Positions 22,401-31,269 of a DNA stretch of 64,000 bases are shown piece after piece; positions within the stretch are counted from its first letter, which is position 1; each line of letters begins with the position of its first letter. Made by a program: the position numbers and the translations under genes. Source of the DNA: Gammaproteobacteria bacterium (GTDB taxonomy: Bacteria > Pseudomonadota > Gammaproteobacteria > Steroidobacterales > Foliamicaceae); assembly GCA_011523505.1 (NCBI GenBank), contig WTGP01000019.1, forward strand, positions 189,151 through 253,150, in the 5' to 3' direction. Below the pieces are notes generated by a model. It did no database searches and was not told where the DNA came from. It saw only the letters and a list, made by a program, of their open reading frames with translations.

Positions 22401-22538
22401 CAGCGCCGAATCGGCGTTCTGCGGCTTGATGTCGAGCGTCAGAACCTCGTCGGACTGTGCGGAGGCCGCCGTCGCCAAAAATGCCAGCACGGCCACCGAC
22501 AGAACCGCCGGCTTATGTATGCGCAATGAAATGTTCAT
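19404..22538 (-). CDS. TonB-dependent receptor with N-terminal signalling (STN) domain (copy A)
   Basis: Signal peptide; STN (ALVTLAKSSGVQI..GLQGEY..ALAAL); VTGSRL; plug NLRALGSANTLVLLNGRR, IERVDIQLDGSSAVYGADAIGGVVNFITK; C-terminal beta strand FVEFNWEL. Confidence 0.95.
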   Translation of the reverse strand: MNISLRIHKPAVLSVAVLAFLATAASAQSDEVLTLDIKPQNADSALVTLAKSSGVQIILADGAGADVEVEGLQGEYRFDEALAALTTEAGLTHEYTAENLVVVQEAEQVRQPEPEAAGEAPAEEEEAPIELGEQRVTGSRLTMGDPTVRVFTLTAEDIRARGVTTVEELFRTLPFAYAGTTTQNNDANVGASDTEEFRTGGINVGISTVNLRALGSANTLVLLNGRRTAGVAGVEDNYANLVNVPLSAIERVDIQLDGSSAVYGADAIGGVVNFITKKNYTGATFQVRDEYSSTDADASKVSFQGGYGWGSGQITAVLSRDSSQPITNEKTGWTSYDYRDRYGVEFDSRDDRVGQPGVVCPTTVTYPTGTFCGFPWVTYQLPQGHSGVGATVDDFTTNIVPADIVAPQNGEHTRNESGTLYLEQYVTEDLRLYADFLYSNNVSSRNQNTQMFQWPVPASNAFNPYGKTVLVTYYPIKEIESGLPEEFSASGNRKRSLSAGLIWDIGDTTTFELNATRSRSTRYQHQYKLNGPGLINPANPIHARMVELLASSDPSVAINLFGDGSVQSPELASLYNTDAWPLPSDSVTKTRSVEPLLRGQFLQLWGGPISYALGAQFNEDTIYREVTLIAGDGVRREGRFERIGVARPTREATAYFAEFALPIVGERNARPGIASLVLSLQARRDIYKTEGAAGGVDPVYDRVNRRWTYPGEPNIIDVEHSATSPRIGIQYGPTEDFSLRASWSESFRPPVWGDLFSLTNPTFYTFWTYVDPYEPSGNTAPISIRSTLARNSVNTNPEYSENVSFSFDWTPAALPGFRWTLDWSKIDFADKIESVGTLWRDYPEIIFALPDVVERDANGNATVFHRSRPINIANKISEIITTEFAYNFETAWGDFTPRLTYTRVLEEVFQITAESEPIRREGTVLGSDEYRLSGQLDWYRERWAGHLFVYYTPSYLNNNTGSCLEIVGRCEYWGQDKPHLTVDSYISVDLTLSYTFDNGIQLRAGGRNILDAEPPETLYWGMPYDPSRWDARGQVMFVEFNWEL

Positions 22539-23617
22539 GGTCCCACCTCTTGGGATTTGTCTCTGCTCCGGTCCCCCATCGAAGCGCCAATTTCGATCCG
22601 GTCGTAGCGCCTGTCGACTTCGATCGGAAGCACCCGCTCCAGGCCCTTGAGCGCGGATTCGATCTCCTGAATGCTCACCACCATGGAAACACTCAATTCC
22701 ATGACGGATGCATCCTCGATCAGGATTTTCTTCCGCGAGTAGCGGTTCAGCTCCTGCACCACGTCGTTCAGCGGTTCCCGGTAAAAGCCGAGCATGCCGC
22801 CACGCCAGCCCTCGTAACGTTCCATGGATTCGGGCCGAAACGCCCTCAGCTCATCGAGGCTTATGTCGAACTCGGCTACCCAGCCTTCTTCCAGAAGGTG
22901 CTCCGAAGGCGCCGCAATGACTACCGCCTGTCCGCCCGTCGGGAGCGGTGCGGGCGATGCGGGTATTTCTTCAGCAAGTTCGTGCAGCGCAACCGTGCCT
23001 TCAATCACCGCCACCTGGTAACGTTCACGGTGCTTGCGGACACTGAATGCCGTCCCCAGCGCGGTGACGGACCCGAAGCCCAGATCCACCGTAAACGGCC
23101 GTTCGTTGTCCCTCACTACCTCAAAATAGGCCTCGCCGCGCTCCAACAGGATTCTGCGTGACCGGTTGCCGTAGTCCACGACCAACTGGGCGTTGGTGTT
23201 CAGCGTGACAACGCTGCCGTCATCGAGTTCGATGGTCTTCTGTTCGCCGATGCGGGTGACGTACTTTTGCAGCAGGCGTTCGTCCGGCCCGCCCAGGGGC
23301 GAGAAATAAAGCAGGGCCGCGCCGCATGCCACCAGAACGCCGGCGGCAAGGCCGGCCGCCAGCCTCAGATTCGATTTGCGCTCCAGAAGCACCTGGCGGC
23401 AGTCCGAGGCGATTGCCTGAATATCGCCGTCGTCCGCCAGGTCCTCAACGCGCGCGAGGAACTCCAGCGAGCCGTCCAGTTCTTCCCGGTACCTTGCATC
23501 TTTCCGCGCCCGGCTGTCGATCGCCGCCGCTTCGGCTTCCGACAGCTGGTCCGACCAGAGCCGGTGCAAGGCATGCTCCGCGCGGCCATTCAAAATCTCC
23601 TGAAGATTCTTCAGCAC
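22535..23617 (-). CDS. fecR: FecR-family anti-sigma / transmembrane sensor (copy A)
   Basis: Single TM; TRIGEQKTIELDDGSVVTLNT, LERGEAYFEV..RPFTV, ALGTAFSV, GW..F..EPL..V.ELNRYS. Confidence 0.92.
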   Translation of the reverse strand: MLKNLQEILNGRAEHALHRLWSDQLSEAEAAAIDSRARKDARYREELDGSLEFLARVEDLADDGDIQAIASDCRQVLLERKSNLRLAAGLAAGVLVACGAALLYFSPLGGPDERLLQKYVTRIGEQKTIELDDGSVVTLNTNAQLVVDYGNRSRRILLERGEAYFEVVRDNERPFTVDLGFGSVTALGTAFSVRKHRERYQVAVIEGTVALHELAEEIPASPAPLPTGGQAVVIAAPSEHLLEEGWVAEFDISLDELRAFRPESMERYEGWRGGMLGFYREPLNDVVQELNRYSRKKILIEDASVMELSVSMVVSIQEIESALKGLERVLPIEVDRRYDRIEIGASMGDRSRDKSQEVGP

Positions 23618-23619
23618 GA

Positions 23620-24213
23620 TCAGTCTCCTTCGCCCTTCATCTTCCGCTGCGTCTTGCGGATCCTGCGCATCGCCCGCACGATGTAGTTATCGACCTGCTT
23701 CGCCCGCACGCCCATATGCAAGGCGATCTCCTCGTAACTCATGTTGCGGAAGCGTTGCAGAATGAAGGCCACCCGCCAGTTCAGCGGCATGTCCATGATG
23801 GCGGCCTTCATGGCCTCCAGCTCCAGTTGCGCCGCGACGATCCGCTCGGGTGTGCGTTCGTCCACCCGCTCCTGTTCGTTTCCCCGCTGCGCCGCGGCGT
23901 ACTCGCTGCGCAGCTTCCGCTTGCGGTGACGGTTGACAAGGTGGTTGTTGGCCATGGTCAGCAGATAGGACCGATTGCTACCGGTCGTATCGGACATCTT
24001 CTCTTCCAGCCGGGCGACATCCATCAGCCGCGTGAAGAGTTCCTGCACCACGTCTTCGACCTGGTCCGGCGGAACCGAGCGCCCGCGCAGGAACAACCGC
24101 AAGGCCTGGGCATGCTGATCGAACAATTGCTCCACCAGCCGCCTGCGCCCCGGCCTCGGCTGCGAGGCCAGGTCGATGATGCCGTCATTCCGCGGATTGA
24201 ACGAACGGTTCAA
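23620..24213 (-). CDS. ECF sigma-70 factor, FecI-like (copy A)
   Basis: EDVVQELF, SYLLTMANN, TPE, region 4 MPLNWRVAFILQRFRNMSYEEIALHMGV..V.NYIVRA; TTG start after GGAGG. Confidence 0.92.
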   Translation of the reverse strand: MNRSFNPRNDGIIDLASQPRPGRRRLVEQLFDQHAQALRLFLRGRSVPPDQVEDVVQELFTRLMDVARLEEKMSDTTGSNRSYLLTMANNHLVNRHRKRKLRSEYAAAQRGNEQERVDERTPERIVAAQLELEAMKAAIMDMPLNWRVAFILQRFRNMSYEEIALHMGVRAKQVDNYIVRAMRRIRKTQRKMKGEGD

Positions 24214-24326
24214 GAAAGCTCCCTCCCTAAAGAATTAACAACCGAGGCGGTCATTCTCCTTCCCTGACCTTGAGCAGTCCGCTCCGAGACGCCAGGCTGG
24301 CCTTATTTCCGTATCGCGTTTCCCTG

Positions 24327-25868
24327 TTAGCTCTCTTCTTCCGCGAGCAGGGGGTCGTCGGGGTCGAGTAGCGGGCGGATTCGATCCATGCCGGCGCGGG
24401 CGCTCTCCTGCATGTCCGGCGGGGTCTGGACCAGCGGCGAGAGAGCGCGCTGGTAGCTGGAGTACGCGCGCCGGTGCCGTCCCATCGCCTCGTAGGCGCG
24501 GCCCAGTTCGTGGCGGACCACGCCATCCAGCTGCGGGTCGCCGTTGAAGCCGGCTGCGAGAAGAACCTTCCACGCCTCCTCGGCTTCGCCGGCGTGCAGA
24601 TACCGGTCGCCCAGCATCAACTGCAACTGCTGTCGCAACCCGGGATTGTCGGAGCGCGCGATGAACTCCAGGGCCTTCTCCGCTAGCGCCACGATCAATG
24701 CCGACCGTGCATCGCGTTCCTCCGAGAAATGAAGGCCCAGCGCGGTCCCGCCCAGCCAGTCCGACTTCATGCGCTCCAGCGTGGCCGACAGGCGGTAATC
24801 CACCGCCTCCATCTGCTCCTCGACCGAAGCGTTCTCCTCCAGCCCCAACCCGAACAGCACCTCGGCCGCCTCGGACACGTTGCGGTCCTCGGGGTTCTCG
24901 CGCAGATAGGCCTGCAGTTTCCCCCGGTCCCCGGCCGCCGCTGCCGAGTAGAACGCAAAATCCGCCTCGGAATAGTTGCTGTCGCGCACCGGCTCCAGCG
25001 CCAGGTAGCCCTGCGCCGGGTTGATCTCAAGACGATAGGCCGTCCACAGGCTCAGCCCCGGAACCACCAGCCAGTCGGGCGAGAACCGCGGATCGTCGTT
25101 GAAGTCCGCGGGAAAAAGCGCCGCCATCCCCGAAAAGGCAACGCGCTGATCGCCCAGGCCGAAGTGAATGTCCGGCAGGTCGCCGGACGGATGGCCCAGC
25201 GCCGTGGCCGTTTCCGCATTGACATAGCTGTGGTAGCCCGCCGTGTTGATCGCCATCAGCGAAGGCCTTCCGTCGCCGTGGCTGACCGGCGCCAGCACCC
25301 GGCCCTCCTCCGTGGTCCGAAGGCCGGTGATGACCGCCTGCGCCCAAGGCCGGGCGTCCATGGCGTTCGCCTCGCCCGCGGGCGTGAAGGACACGCGGCC
25401 CTCGTCCAGGTTCATGCCCAACGCAAAGCGCCGCAGCACCGGACCGCCCAGGATCGCCGCCACGTCGATCTCCTTGAGCTCACTGGAGTAGCGGTTGCCC
25501 AGGTACAACAGCAGATTCGATTCGGGCGACCCCCGCGCGGTCGGCCGCACACCCTCCCTGGGCACCTCCAGCCGCAGTCCCTCCGCCCCCAGTATCTTCA
25601 GCGTCTGCTCGTTTTCGCCGAATCGCACCGCCCCGAATATCTGACCGTAGATGTGCAGCGGCGTAGCTGCGGCGTAATCCAGCACCAGGTGCGTTTCCTT
25701 GCGAAACGCCTCGGTGCTCAGGGTTACGGGCACCAACACGTGATCGCCGATCACCTTGGCTTCGGCGCTGCCGCCCTCCGCCGCCTCCTGTCCCACGGCG
25801 CTCTGCGCAAGCCACGCAAGAGCGCAGGCCGCGATCGCTGGAATCAGCCTTCGATGCTTCATTACCAC
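24327..25868 (-). CDS. Exported protein with two degenerate retropepsin-like domains plus C-terminal TPR (copy B)
   Basis: Signal peptide; GDHVLVPV..LVLDYA, AAILGGPVL; AINTAGYHSY, VVPGLSLW; TPR; paralog of 17671-19206; start may be ATG 25862. Confidence 0.75.
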   Translation of the reverse strand: MVMKHRRLIPAIAACALAWLAQSAVGQEAAEGGSAEAKVIGDHVLVPVTLSTEAFRKETHLVLDYAAATPLHIYGQIFGAVRFGENEQTLKILGAEGLRLEVPREGVRPTARGSPESNLLLYLGNRYSSELKEIDVAAILGGPVLRRFALGMNLDEGRVSFTPAGEANAMDARPWAQAVITGLRTTEEGRVLAPVSHGDGRPSLMAINTAGYHSYVNAETATALGHPSGDLPDIHFGLGDQRVAFSGMAALFPADFNDDPRFSPDWLVVPGLSLWTAYRLEINPAQGYLALEPVRDSNYSEADFAFYSAAAAGDRGKLQAYLRENPEDRNVSEAAEVLFGLGLEENASVEEQMEAVDYRLSATLERMKSDWLGGTALGLHFSEERDARSALIVALAEKALEFIARSDNPGLRQQLQLMLGDRYLHAGEAEEAWKVLLAAGFNGDPQLDGVVRHELGRAYEAMGRHRRAYSSYQRALSPLVQTPPDMQESARAGMDRIRPLLDPDDPLLAEEES

Positions 25869-25990
25869 TATTGCGCCACCAGGGAAATCACTACTGCCGG
25901 AAGTTTAAGACACCAACTCCTGAACAATGTCTTCGAATTCGTCCAGATTCCGACTTGCACGCCAAGAATACTCTTTCCTTGAATTGGCTG

Positions 25991-26074
25991 GAATTGCGCA
26001 CAAAGAGACACGCAATTCGCCTTGACAATTTCGTGACGGCTCGTCAGACTTAGCCCACCTTAGCTAATCCTAGG
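25991..26074 (+). promoter_or_regulatory. Probable sigma-70 promoter/operator region of the toxin-antitoxin operon
   Basis: TTGACA (26022-26027), 17 nt, CAGACT; palindrome TGACG-N3-CGTCA (26034-26046) overlapping it; GAATTGCG-N12-CGCAATTC inverted repeat (25991-26018); TTAGCTAA. Confidence 0.5.
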
Positions 26075-26082
26075 GCGCCGCC

Positions 26083-26337
26083 ATGAAAGTGAACATGCAC
26101 GAAGCGAAATCGCAACTCTCGAAACTGGGCAAGCTGGCCTGGGAGGGCGAGGAAGTCGTAATCGCCCGATCGGGGGAGGCTTGGTTGCGCCTGACGCCCT
26201 ACCGCGAATCCCTGGAACCACGAAAATCCGGGGGACTGGAAGGCCGTATATGGATTTCTCCCGACTTCGACGAGGAAGATGAGGAACTCATGGAGGCGAT
26301 AGAGAACTCGAAGGTTTTCCCGGACTCGGATCGATAA
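26083..26337 (+). CDS. Type II antitoxin, Phd/YefM family
   Basis: MKVNMHEAKSQLSKL..GEEVVIARSG..G.I.ISPDFD; stop overlaps toxin start (TAATG). Confidence 0.92.
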   Translation: MKVNMHEAKSQLSKLGKLAWEGEEVVIARSGEAWLRLTPYRESLEPRKSGGLEGRIWISPDFDEEDEELMEAIENSKVFPDSDR

Positions 26338-26717
26338 TGCAGCGCCTGTTGCTGGACACGCATGCATTCATATGGTGGCTGTCGGACGTTCCTCAATTGA
26401 CCCGACTCGCGCACGACGGAATTGCCGACCCCCGCAATGAAGTCCTCGTGAGCGCGATTACCGGCTGGGAGATTGCCGTCAAACGCGCGAAGGGCCGTAT
26501 TACGGCGCCCGACAATCTGGGGACGATTGTTACGGAACGAGGCTTCACGCATCTGCCCTTGAACTTCCAGCACGCGGAGCAGGCAGGGCGTCTGCCCATG
26601 CATCACCGCGATCCTTTTGACCGGTTCCTTATCGCCCAGGCGCAATGCGAAAATTTGATCCTCGTTACGCGGGATGCCCGTATCCGCCGCTATGACGTGC
26701 GCACGCTGGCGGCGTGA
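26337..26717 (+). CDS. vapC: Type II toxin, PIN domain (VapC family)
   Basis: LLLDTHAFIWW, VS.I..WEIA.K, HRDPFDR.LIAQA, LVTRD. Confidence 0.93.
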   Translation: MQRLLLDTHAFIWWLSDVPQLTRLAHDGIADPRNEVLVSAITGWEIAVKRAKGRITAPDNLGTIVTERGFTHLPLNFQHAEQAGRLPMHHRDPFDRFLIAQAQCENLILVTRDARIRRYDVRTLAA

Positions 26718-26747
26718 ATACAGGCAAGTCGGAGTTGCGTAAAAGAG

Positions 26748-26860
26748 CCGGGAGCGAGGCGCCAATACTGAGCCCGGGACAATAGGCTCGCCCGCTGCCG
26801 GAGGCCGGCGCACTCGCTCCCGGGATCGCCGGTCCCCCACGCAGGGCCGGGACCGGCGAT
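26748..26860. repeat. Two adjacent palindromic elements between convergent vapC and TBDR (REP-like / bidirectional terminator)
   Basis: CCGGGAGCGAGGCGCC (26748-26763) pairs with GGCGCACTCGCTCCCGG (26807-26823, 1-nt bulge); ATCGCCGGTCCC-N12-GGGACCGGCGAT (26825-26860) is a perfect 12-bp stem. Confidence 0.6.
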
Positions 26861-26869
26861 GAAGGAGGT

Positions 26870-29800
26870 CTAAATCTCCCAGTTCAGGTCGACGAAGAAC
26901 ACCTGACCCCGCGCGTCCCAGCGGGTCGGATCGTACGGCAGGTTGCCCCCGAACACGGTGGGCGGCGCCGCCCGGTCAAGAATGTTGCGACCCCCGACCC
27001 GTATGCGCAGGCCATTGTCCATGAGGTAGGTCAACGTGAGGTCCACCGTGGTCAATGAGCCCACTTCAAGACTCAAATACTCCCAGGGAATCGCCGCGCA
27101 GCGACTGCCGGGAACCTGCTGAACCGCGCTGCTGCAATACCGCGCCCTGTCGTTGGTGTAGGAAGGCGTGTAGTTGACGAACATGCTGGCGGCGAACCGG
27201 TTCCACAGCCAACTCAGCGAGCCCTTCACTGCGTACTCGTTGGGCCCCTCGAGCGTTCCGGCAAACTCAAGCCGGCTCTCCTCGGTGGGACCGATTTGCA
27301 CGTGATCGGCAAGGTAGCGTGAATAACTGATCCCCGGCGTGAACCTGCCGAAGGCCGTGTCGAACGTGTATTCCAGGCTGGTGTCGATCAGTTCGCTGTA
27401 TTTCTCATTGATGTTGATGGGAAGGAACAGCATCGACTCGATCTCGCCGGCCGCGTTGCGCGTCACAACTTGCGGATGGTTAAGAATCAATTCAGGGCGC
27501 AACTGCGCCATGAACGCCACTGAGACACCGTCTTCGATGCGGTTGGTGAAGTCCGTCTTGGACCAATCGACCGTCCATTTCAGTCCGGGAATCGTCAGCG
27601 GATTCCATTCAAATCCAATGGAATATGTATCCGAATACTCGTTCTTCAGTTCCGTGTTGTACACCTGCCTTATCACTCCCCCAAATGGCAGGGAGAATTC
27701 CATGGTGCCATCGGGGTGGTATGGATCCACGCCACTGAAGCTTGTCCGGAATCGTGTATCCGGCGAGCAGAACGAATCCGGAGGCGGATCAATGCAGGTT
27801 TGGAATTGATCGCTCCACACCGGTGCGCGGAAGGCGCGGGTCCAGCGGGTGCGCATGACAAAACTCTCCACAGGCTGATAACGCAGTCCCACACTCGGGC
27901 TGGTGCGGCTTTGTTTCGCAGTGGTGTAGTTGAAATCGTGCACGACGTCAGCGTAGTGGAAGGCCCACTGGCGCTGCTGATAGATCAACCAACCGTCTTC
28001 CGGGTGCCAGTAGGGAACCGGCAGGGGATCCAGAAACTCGAAACTCAGGTAGGCCCCTCGGGTGCCTATGTAGGCGGAACCTCTGGACTTGTTCTCGTCG
28101 CGCCGTGCCTGGAGGCTGAGGACCAACGAATGCACGCCCGGCCGGGCGTTCTCCGGGCCAATCAGCGGCAAGGCCAGTTCGGCGTAGTAGGCGGAAATCT
28201 CGCTGGACGGACGGTCCACGCCGATCCTGGATCCGCTGTCCTCCATGTTCAGCGACAGTCGTCCCTGCGAGGAACTCGTAAAGGTCCTGGTCTCGAAAAC
28301 GATTTTCTCGCGGTACTCCGCGCCGGCCGAGTACGACGCCCGGCCACCCCACATGTCGAACAGGCTGCCTCGAAGCGTGAGGTTGTACTGACGGGTTTCG
28401 CTCTCCCCCGTAATGGGTCCCTGGGTGGTGGTCAGAAACCCGTCGAACCCCGCCACCTGGGCCTCGCCGTTGCCGAAGAAGTTGAAAGCGCGGCTCGGAT
28501 CGGAACTCGACAGTGCCTCGTAGTATGCGACCGCCGTGGGATCCCATTGCTCGCGCCGTCCGCGGGCCTGCAGCCGGTATACCTCACGTTCCGATTTGGT
28601 GCGCGTCACGTCCAGACTGAGTTCATGCGAGCCGCCGAAAGCCCAGATCACTCCGTAGCTCAGGTCACGCTTTTCGCTTACCGCTTCCGTGAAATGTGGG
28701 GGAAGCCGACCTTCCTGAAACTCCCGAATCGCCGCGTATTGCACCAGCATGGGCCGGCCAAATGGATTGTAGGCGTTGGTGGAGGGAATCGGGATCACAC
28801 CCACAAGACGCGGGGCGTGTTCCTGGTACGAATCACGTTTTGAATAGATAAGGTCGGCGTACACCCGGAGATTGTCCGTCAGGTATTGCTCGAAATTGAC
28901 GGTGAGCGAGTCCGTTGTCGATTCCTCGCCGTTCTGCGGCAAGAGCGAGTCGTAGGGGATAGGGGACGGCTCCCCGCGAGCGAAGACGATGAAGTCGTCC
29001 ACGGTCGCTCCTGCGCCGCTGTGGTTTGCGGGAAGCTGGTAGCGGGGCCCGTTGCGCACGCACCGGAAAAACGTGGGCGCCCACGAAGGCGCCTCGAATT
29101 CACACACCACGCCGGGTTGACCGATCGTATAGCTGCGAAGATCAAACTCGGGCCCAAGCAATGGCCGGAAGTCAAGCGTGGTAAGGCCAGTCTTGCTGTT
29201 GGTGATCGGATCGGATGTGTCGCGCGAAACGATGGCGGTCACATTGCCGCTGCCCCACGCATACCCGCCCGTAATGCTGGCCGAGTTCTGGTCCGCATCA
29301 GTGGAACTGGATTCCTGGCGGAAATTGACCGCAAGACCCACGTAGTTTCTCTTGGTAATGAAGTTCACCACGCCGCCGATGGCGTCGGATCCGTATACGG
29401 CCGAGGCGCCGTCCAACTGGATATCCACGCGCTCGATGGCCGAGAGCGGAACGTTCAGGATATTGGCGAAGTCGTCCTCCTGACCGGCCCCGGCAATGCG
29501 TCGGCCGTTCATCAGCACCAGCGTATTGGCCGACCCCATGTTCCGCAGGTTGACCGTGGATATGCCCAGCCCCAGTTCGATGTACTCCTCGTCCTGGTCG
29601 GTGCCGTCAAAATGCAGACTGGTGTTGGTCTGGGTGGTTATGGACGGGTAGGTCCACGGCAGGGTTCGGAAGAACTCCTCCAGCGTGGATACGCCGCGCG
29701 CCGCGATGTCCTCGGCCGTGTAGCTGTAGACGCGGGCGGTGGGATCGCCGCCCACCAGCCGGGAGCCGGTCACGACCTGTTTCTCCAGTTCCAGCGGCTC

Positions 29801-30190
29801 TTCCACTTCCGCCGCGACGGGTTCTTCGGTGGCCGCATCGGAGTCGGCGTCCTCCCCTTCCTGCGCCTGCTGCACAAGCACAACGTTTGCGGAGGCGAAC
29901 TCGTATTCGAGGCCGGTGTTGGTCAACATGGCGGCCAGGGCTTCCTCAAACCGGTATTCGCCCTTCAGCCCTTCGACTTCGACCTCCTGTCCCGCTCCTT
30001 CCGTAAGCATGATCTGCACGCCCGAGGTGCGGGCCAGCCGGACCAATGCCGGGCCGGCCTTTTGCGGCTCGATATCGAGCGACAGCTTTTCCCCGGACTG
30101 CGCCGATGCGATTGCCCCCGAGAGCGCGAGCACAACAGTCGCCACCGCCGGCAGCGCCATCGTCTTGATGTTTCCCAATCTTCTGTTCAT
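26870..30190 (-). CDS. TonB-dependent receptor with N-terminal signalling (STN) domain (copy B)
   Basis: Same plug motifs (VVTGSRL, NLRNMGSANTLVLMNGRR, YGSDAIGGVVNFITK); C-terminus PYDPTRWDARGQVFFVDLNWEI nearly identical to copy A; ATG 30190 preferred from RBS similarity. Confidence 0.95.
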   Translation of the reverse strand: MNRRLGNIKTMALPAVATVVLALSGAIASAQSGEKLSLDIEPQKAGPALVRLARTSGVQIMLTEGAGQEVEVEGLKGEYRFEEALAAMLTNTGLEYEFASANVVLVQQAQEGEDADSDAATEEPVAAEVEEPLELEKQVVTGSRLVGGDPTARVYSYTAEDIAARGVSTLEEFFRTLPWTYPSITTQTNTSLHFDGTDQDEEYIELGLGISTVNLRNMGSANTLVLMNGRRIAGAGQEDDFANILNVPLSAIERVDIQLDGASAVYGSDAIGGVVNFITKRNYVGLAVNFRQESSSTDADQNSASITGGYAWGSGNVTAIVSRDTSDPITNSKTGLTTLDFRPLLGPEFDLRSYTIGQPGVVCEFEAPSWAPTFFRCVRNGPRYQLPANHSGAGATVDDFIVFARGEPSPIPYDSLLPQNGEESTTDSLTVNFEQYLTDNLRVYADLIYSKRDSYQEHAPRLVGVIPIPSTNAYNPFGRPMLVQYAAIREFQEGRLPPHFTEAVSEKRDLSYGVIWAFGGSHELSLDVTRTKSEREVYRLQARGRREQWDPTAVAYYEALSSSDPSRAFNFFGNGEAQVAGFDGFLTTTQGPITGESETRQYNLTLRGSLFDMWGGRASYSAGAEYREKIVFETRTFTSSSQGRLSLNMEDSGSRIGVDRPSSEISAYYAELALPLIGPENARPGVHSLVLSLQARRDENKSRGSAYIGTRGAYLSFEFLDPLPVPYWHPEDGWLIYQQRQWAFHYADVVHDFNYTTAKQSRTSPSVGLRYQPVESFVMRTRWTRAFRAPVWSDQFQTCIDPPPDSFCSPDTRFRTSFSGVDPYHPDGTMEFSLPFGGVIRQVYNTELKNEYSDTYSIGFEWNPLTIPGLKWTVDWSKTDFTNRIEDGVSVAFMAQLRPELILNHPQVVTRNAAGEIESMLFLPININEKYSELIDTSLEYTFDTAFGRFTPGISYSRYLADHVQIGPTEESRLEFAGTLEGPNEYAVKGSLSWLWNRFAASMFVNYTPSYTNDRARYCSSAVQQVPGSRCAAIPWEYLSLEVGSLTTVDLTLTYLMDNGLRIRVGGRNILDRAAPPTVFGGNLPYDPTRWDARGQVFFVDLNWEI

Positions 30191-30219
30191 TGTCCCCACC
30201 CTTGGATCGTTCTGTTGAT

Positions 30220-31269
30220 TTACCGGCCTTCCGAGCCGGTAATCACGATCCGGTCGTAGTGCCGCCTGACTTCGATCGGCAGCAGCTTCTCCAGGCCGTC
30301 AAGCGCGGAATCGATCTCATACACGCTCAGGGCCGTATAGACGGTCAGGTCCATGACCGCGGAATCTTCAATCAGGATTTTTCTGCGCGAGTAGCGGTTC
30401 AGCTCCTGGACCACCTGGAACAGCGGCTCCCGGTAGAAGCTCAGCATTCCGCTGCGCCAACCCTCGTACCGTTCCATGGTTTCCGGCCGAAACGCCCTGA
30501 TCTCATTCCGGCTTACATCGAACTCCGCCACCCAGCCTTTCTCGAGCAGGTGTTGGGAGCGCGCGGGAATCACCACCGCCTCGCCATCGGCCGAGATGGG
30601 CGGAGGCGAAGCGGGCGCGGTATCCGCCAACTCATGCAAGGCAACCGAGCCCTCGATCACGGCCACCTGGTATTGCTGCGGATGCTTGCGGATATTGAAC
30701 GCCGTTCCGATGGCGGTGACGGAGCGGACTCCGAGCTCCACCGTAAAGGGACGGTCGGGGTCGCGCTCGACTTCGAAATAGGCTTCGCCACGCTCCAGGA
30801 GAATTCTTCGTTCCAGTTCGTTGTAGTCCACCACCAACTGACCGCCGGTATTCAGCGTCACAACGCTGCCGTCGTTCAGTTCTATGGTCTGCTGCTCCCC
30901 CACGCGGGTGAAGTACTTCTCGAGGTGGCTGTCGTCCGGCTCGCTCCAGAGCGTGAAATAAAGCACCGCGGCGCCAATTGCCACGATCACGCCGGCGGCC
31001 ACTCCCAGGGCCGCACTGCGTTTCGCCCGGCGCTCCTGTATCAGGCGCCGGTATTCCAGGACGATCTCCCCGATCTCGTCGTCGTCCGCCAATTCCTCCA
31101 TTGAAGCGAGCACCTCGAGAGAACCGTCAAACGCCTCCCGATACTTCGGATCGTTTCGCACACGGTTGCGGATCGCGGCCGCATTGGCCTCCGACAACCG
31201 TTCGGACCAAAGGTGCAGCAACGCGTGCTCCACGTCGCCGCGCAAAATCTCCTGGAGACTCTTCAGCAC
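30220..31269 (-). CDS. fecR: FecR-family anti-sigma (copy B)
   Basis: Paralog of 22535-23617; GTG start at 31269 (VLKSLQEIL vs MLKNLQEIL) rather than the ORF-track start 31431. Confidence 0.92.
   Translation of the reverse strand: MLKSLQEILRGDVEHALLHLWSERLSEANAAAIRNRVRNDPKYREAFDGSLEVLASMEELADDDEIGEIVLEYRRLIQERRAKRSAALGVAAGVIVAIGAAVLYFTLWSEPDDSHLEKYFTRVGEQQTIELNDGSVVTLNTGGQLVVDYNELERRILLERGEAYFEVERDPDRPFTVELGVRSVTAIGTAFNIRKHPQQYQVAVIEGSVALHELADTAPASPPPISADGEAVVIPARSQHLLEKGWVAEFDVSRNEIRAFRPETMERYEGWRSGMLSFYREPLFQVVQELNRYSRRKILIEDSAVMDLTVYTALSVYEIDSALDGLEKLLPIEVRRHYDRIVITGSEGR

Noticed and set aside
19345-24282. Short shared word GCGGACTGCTC in two intergenic regions, in opposite orientation
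   Set aside because: Only 11 nt, no flanking duplication or transposase; could be chance.
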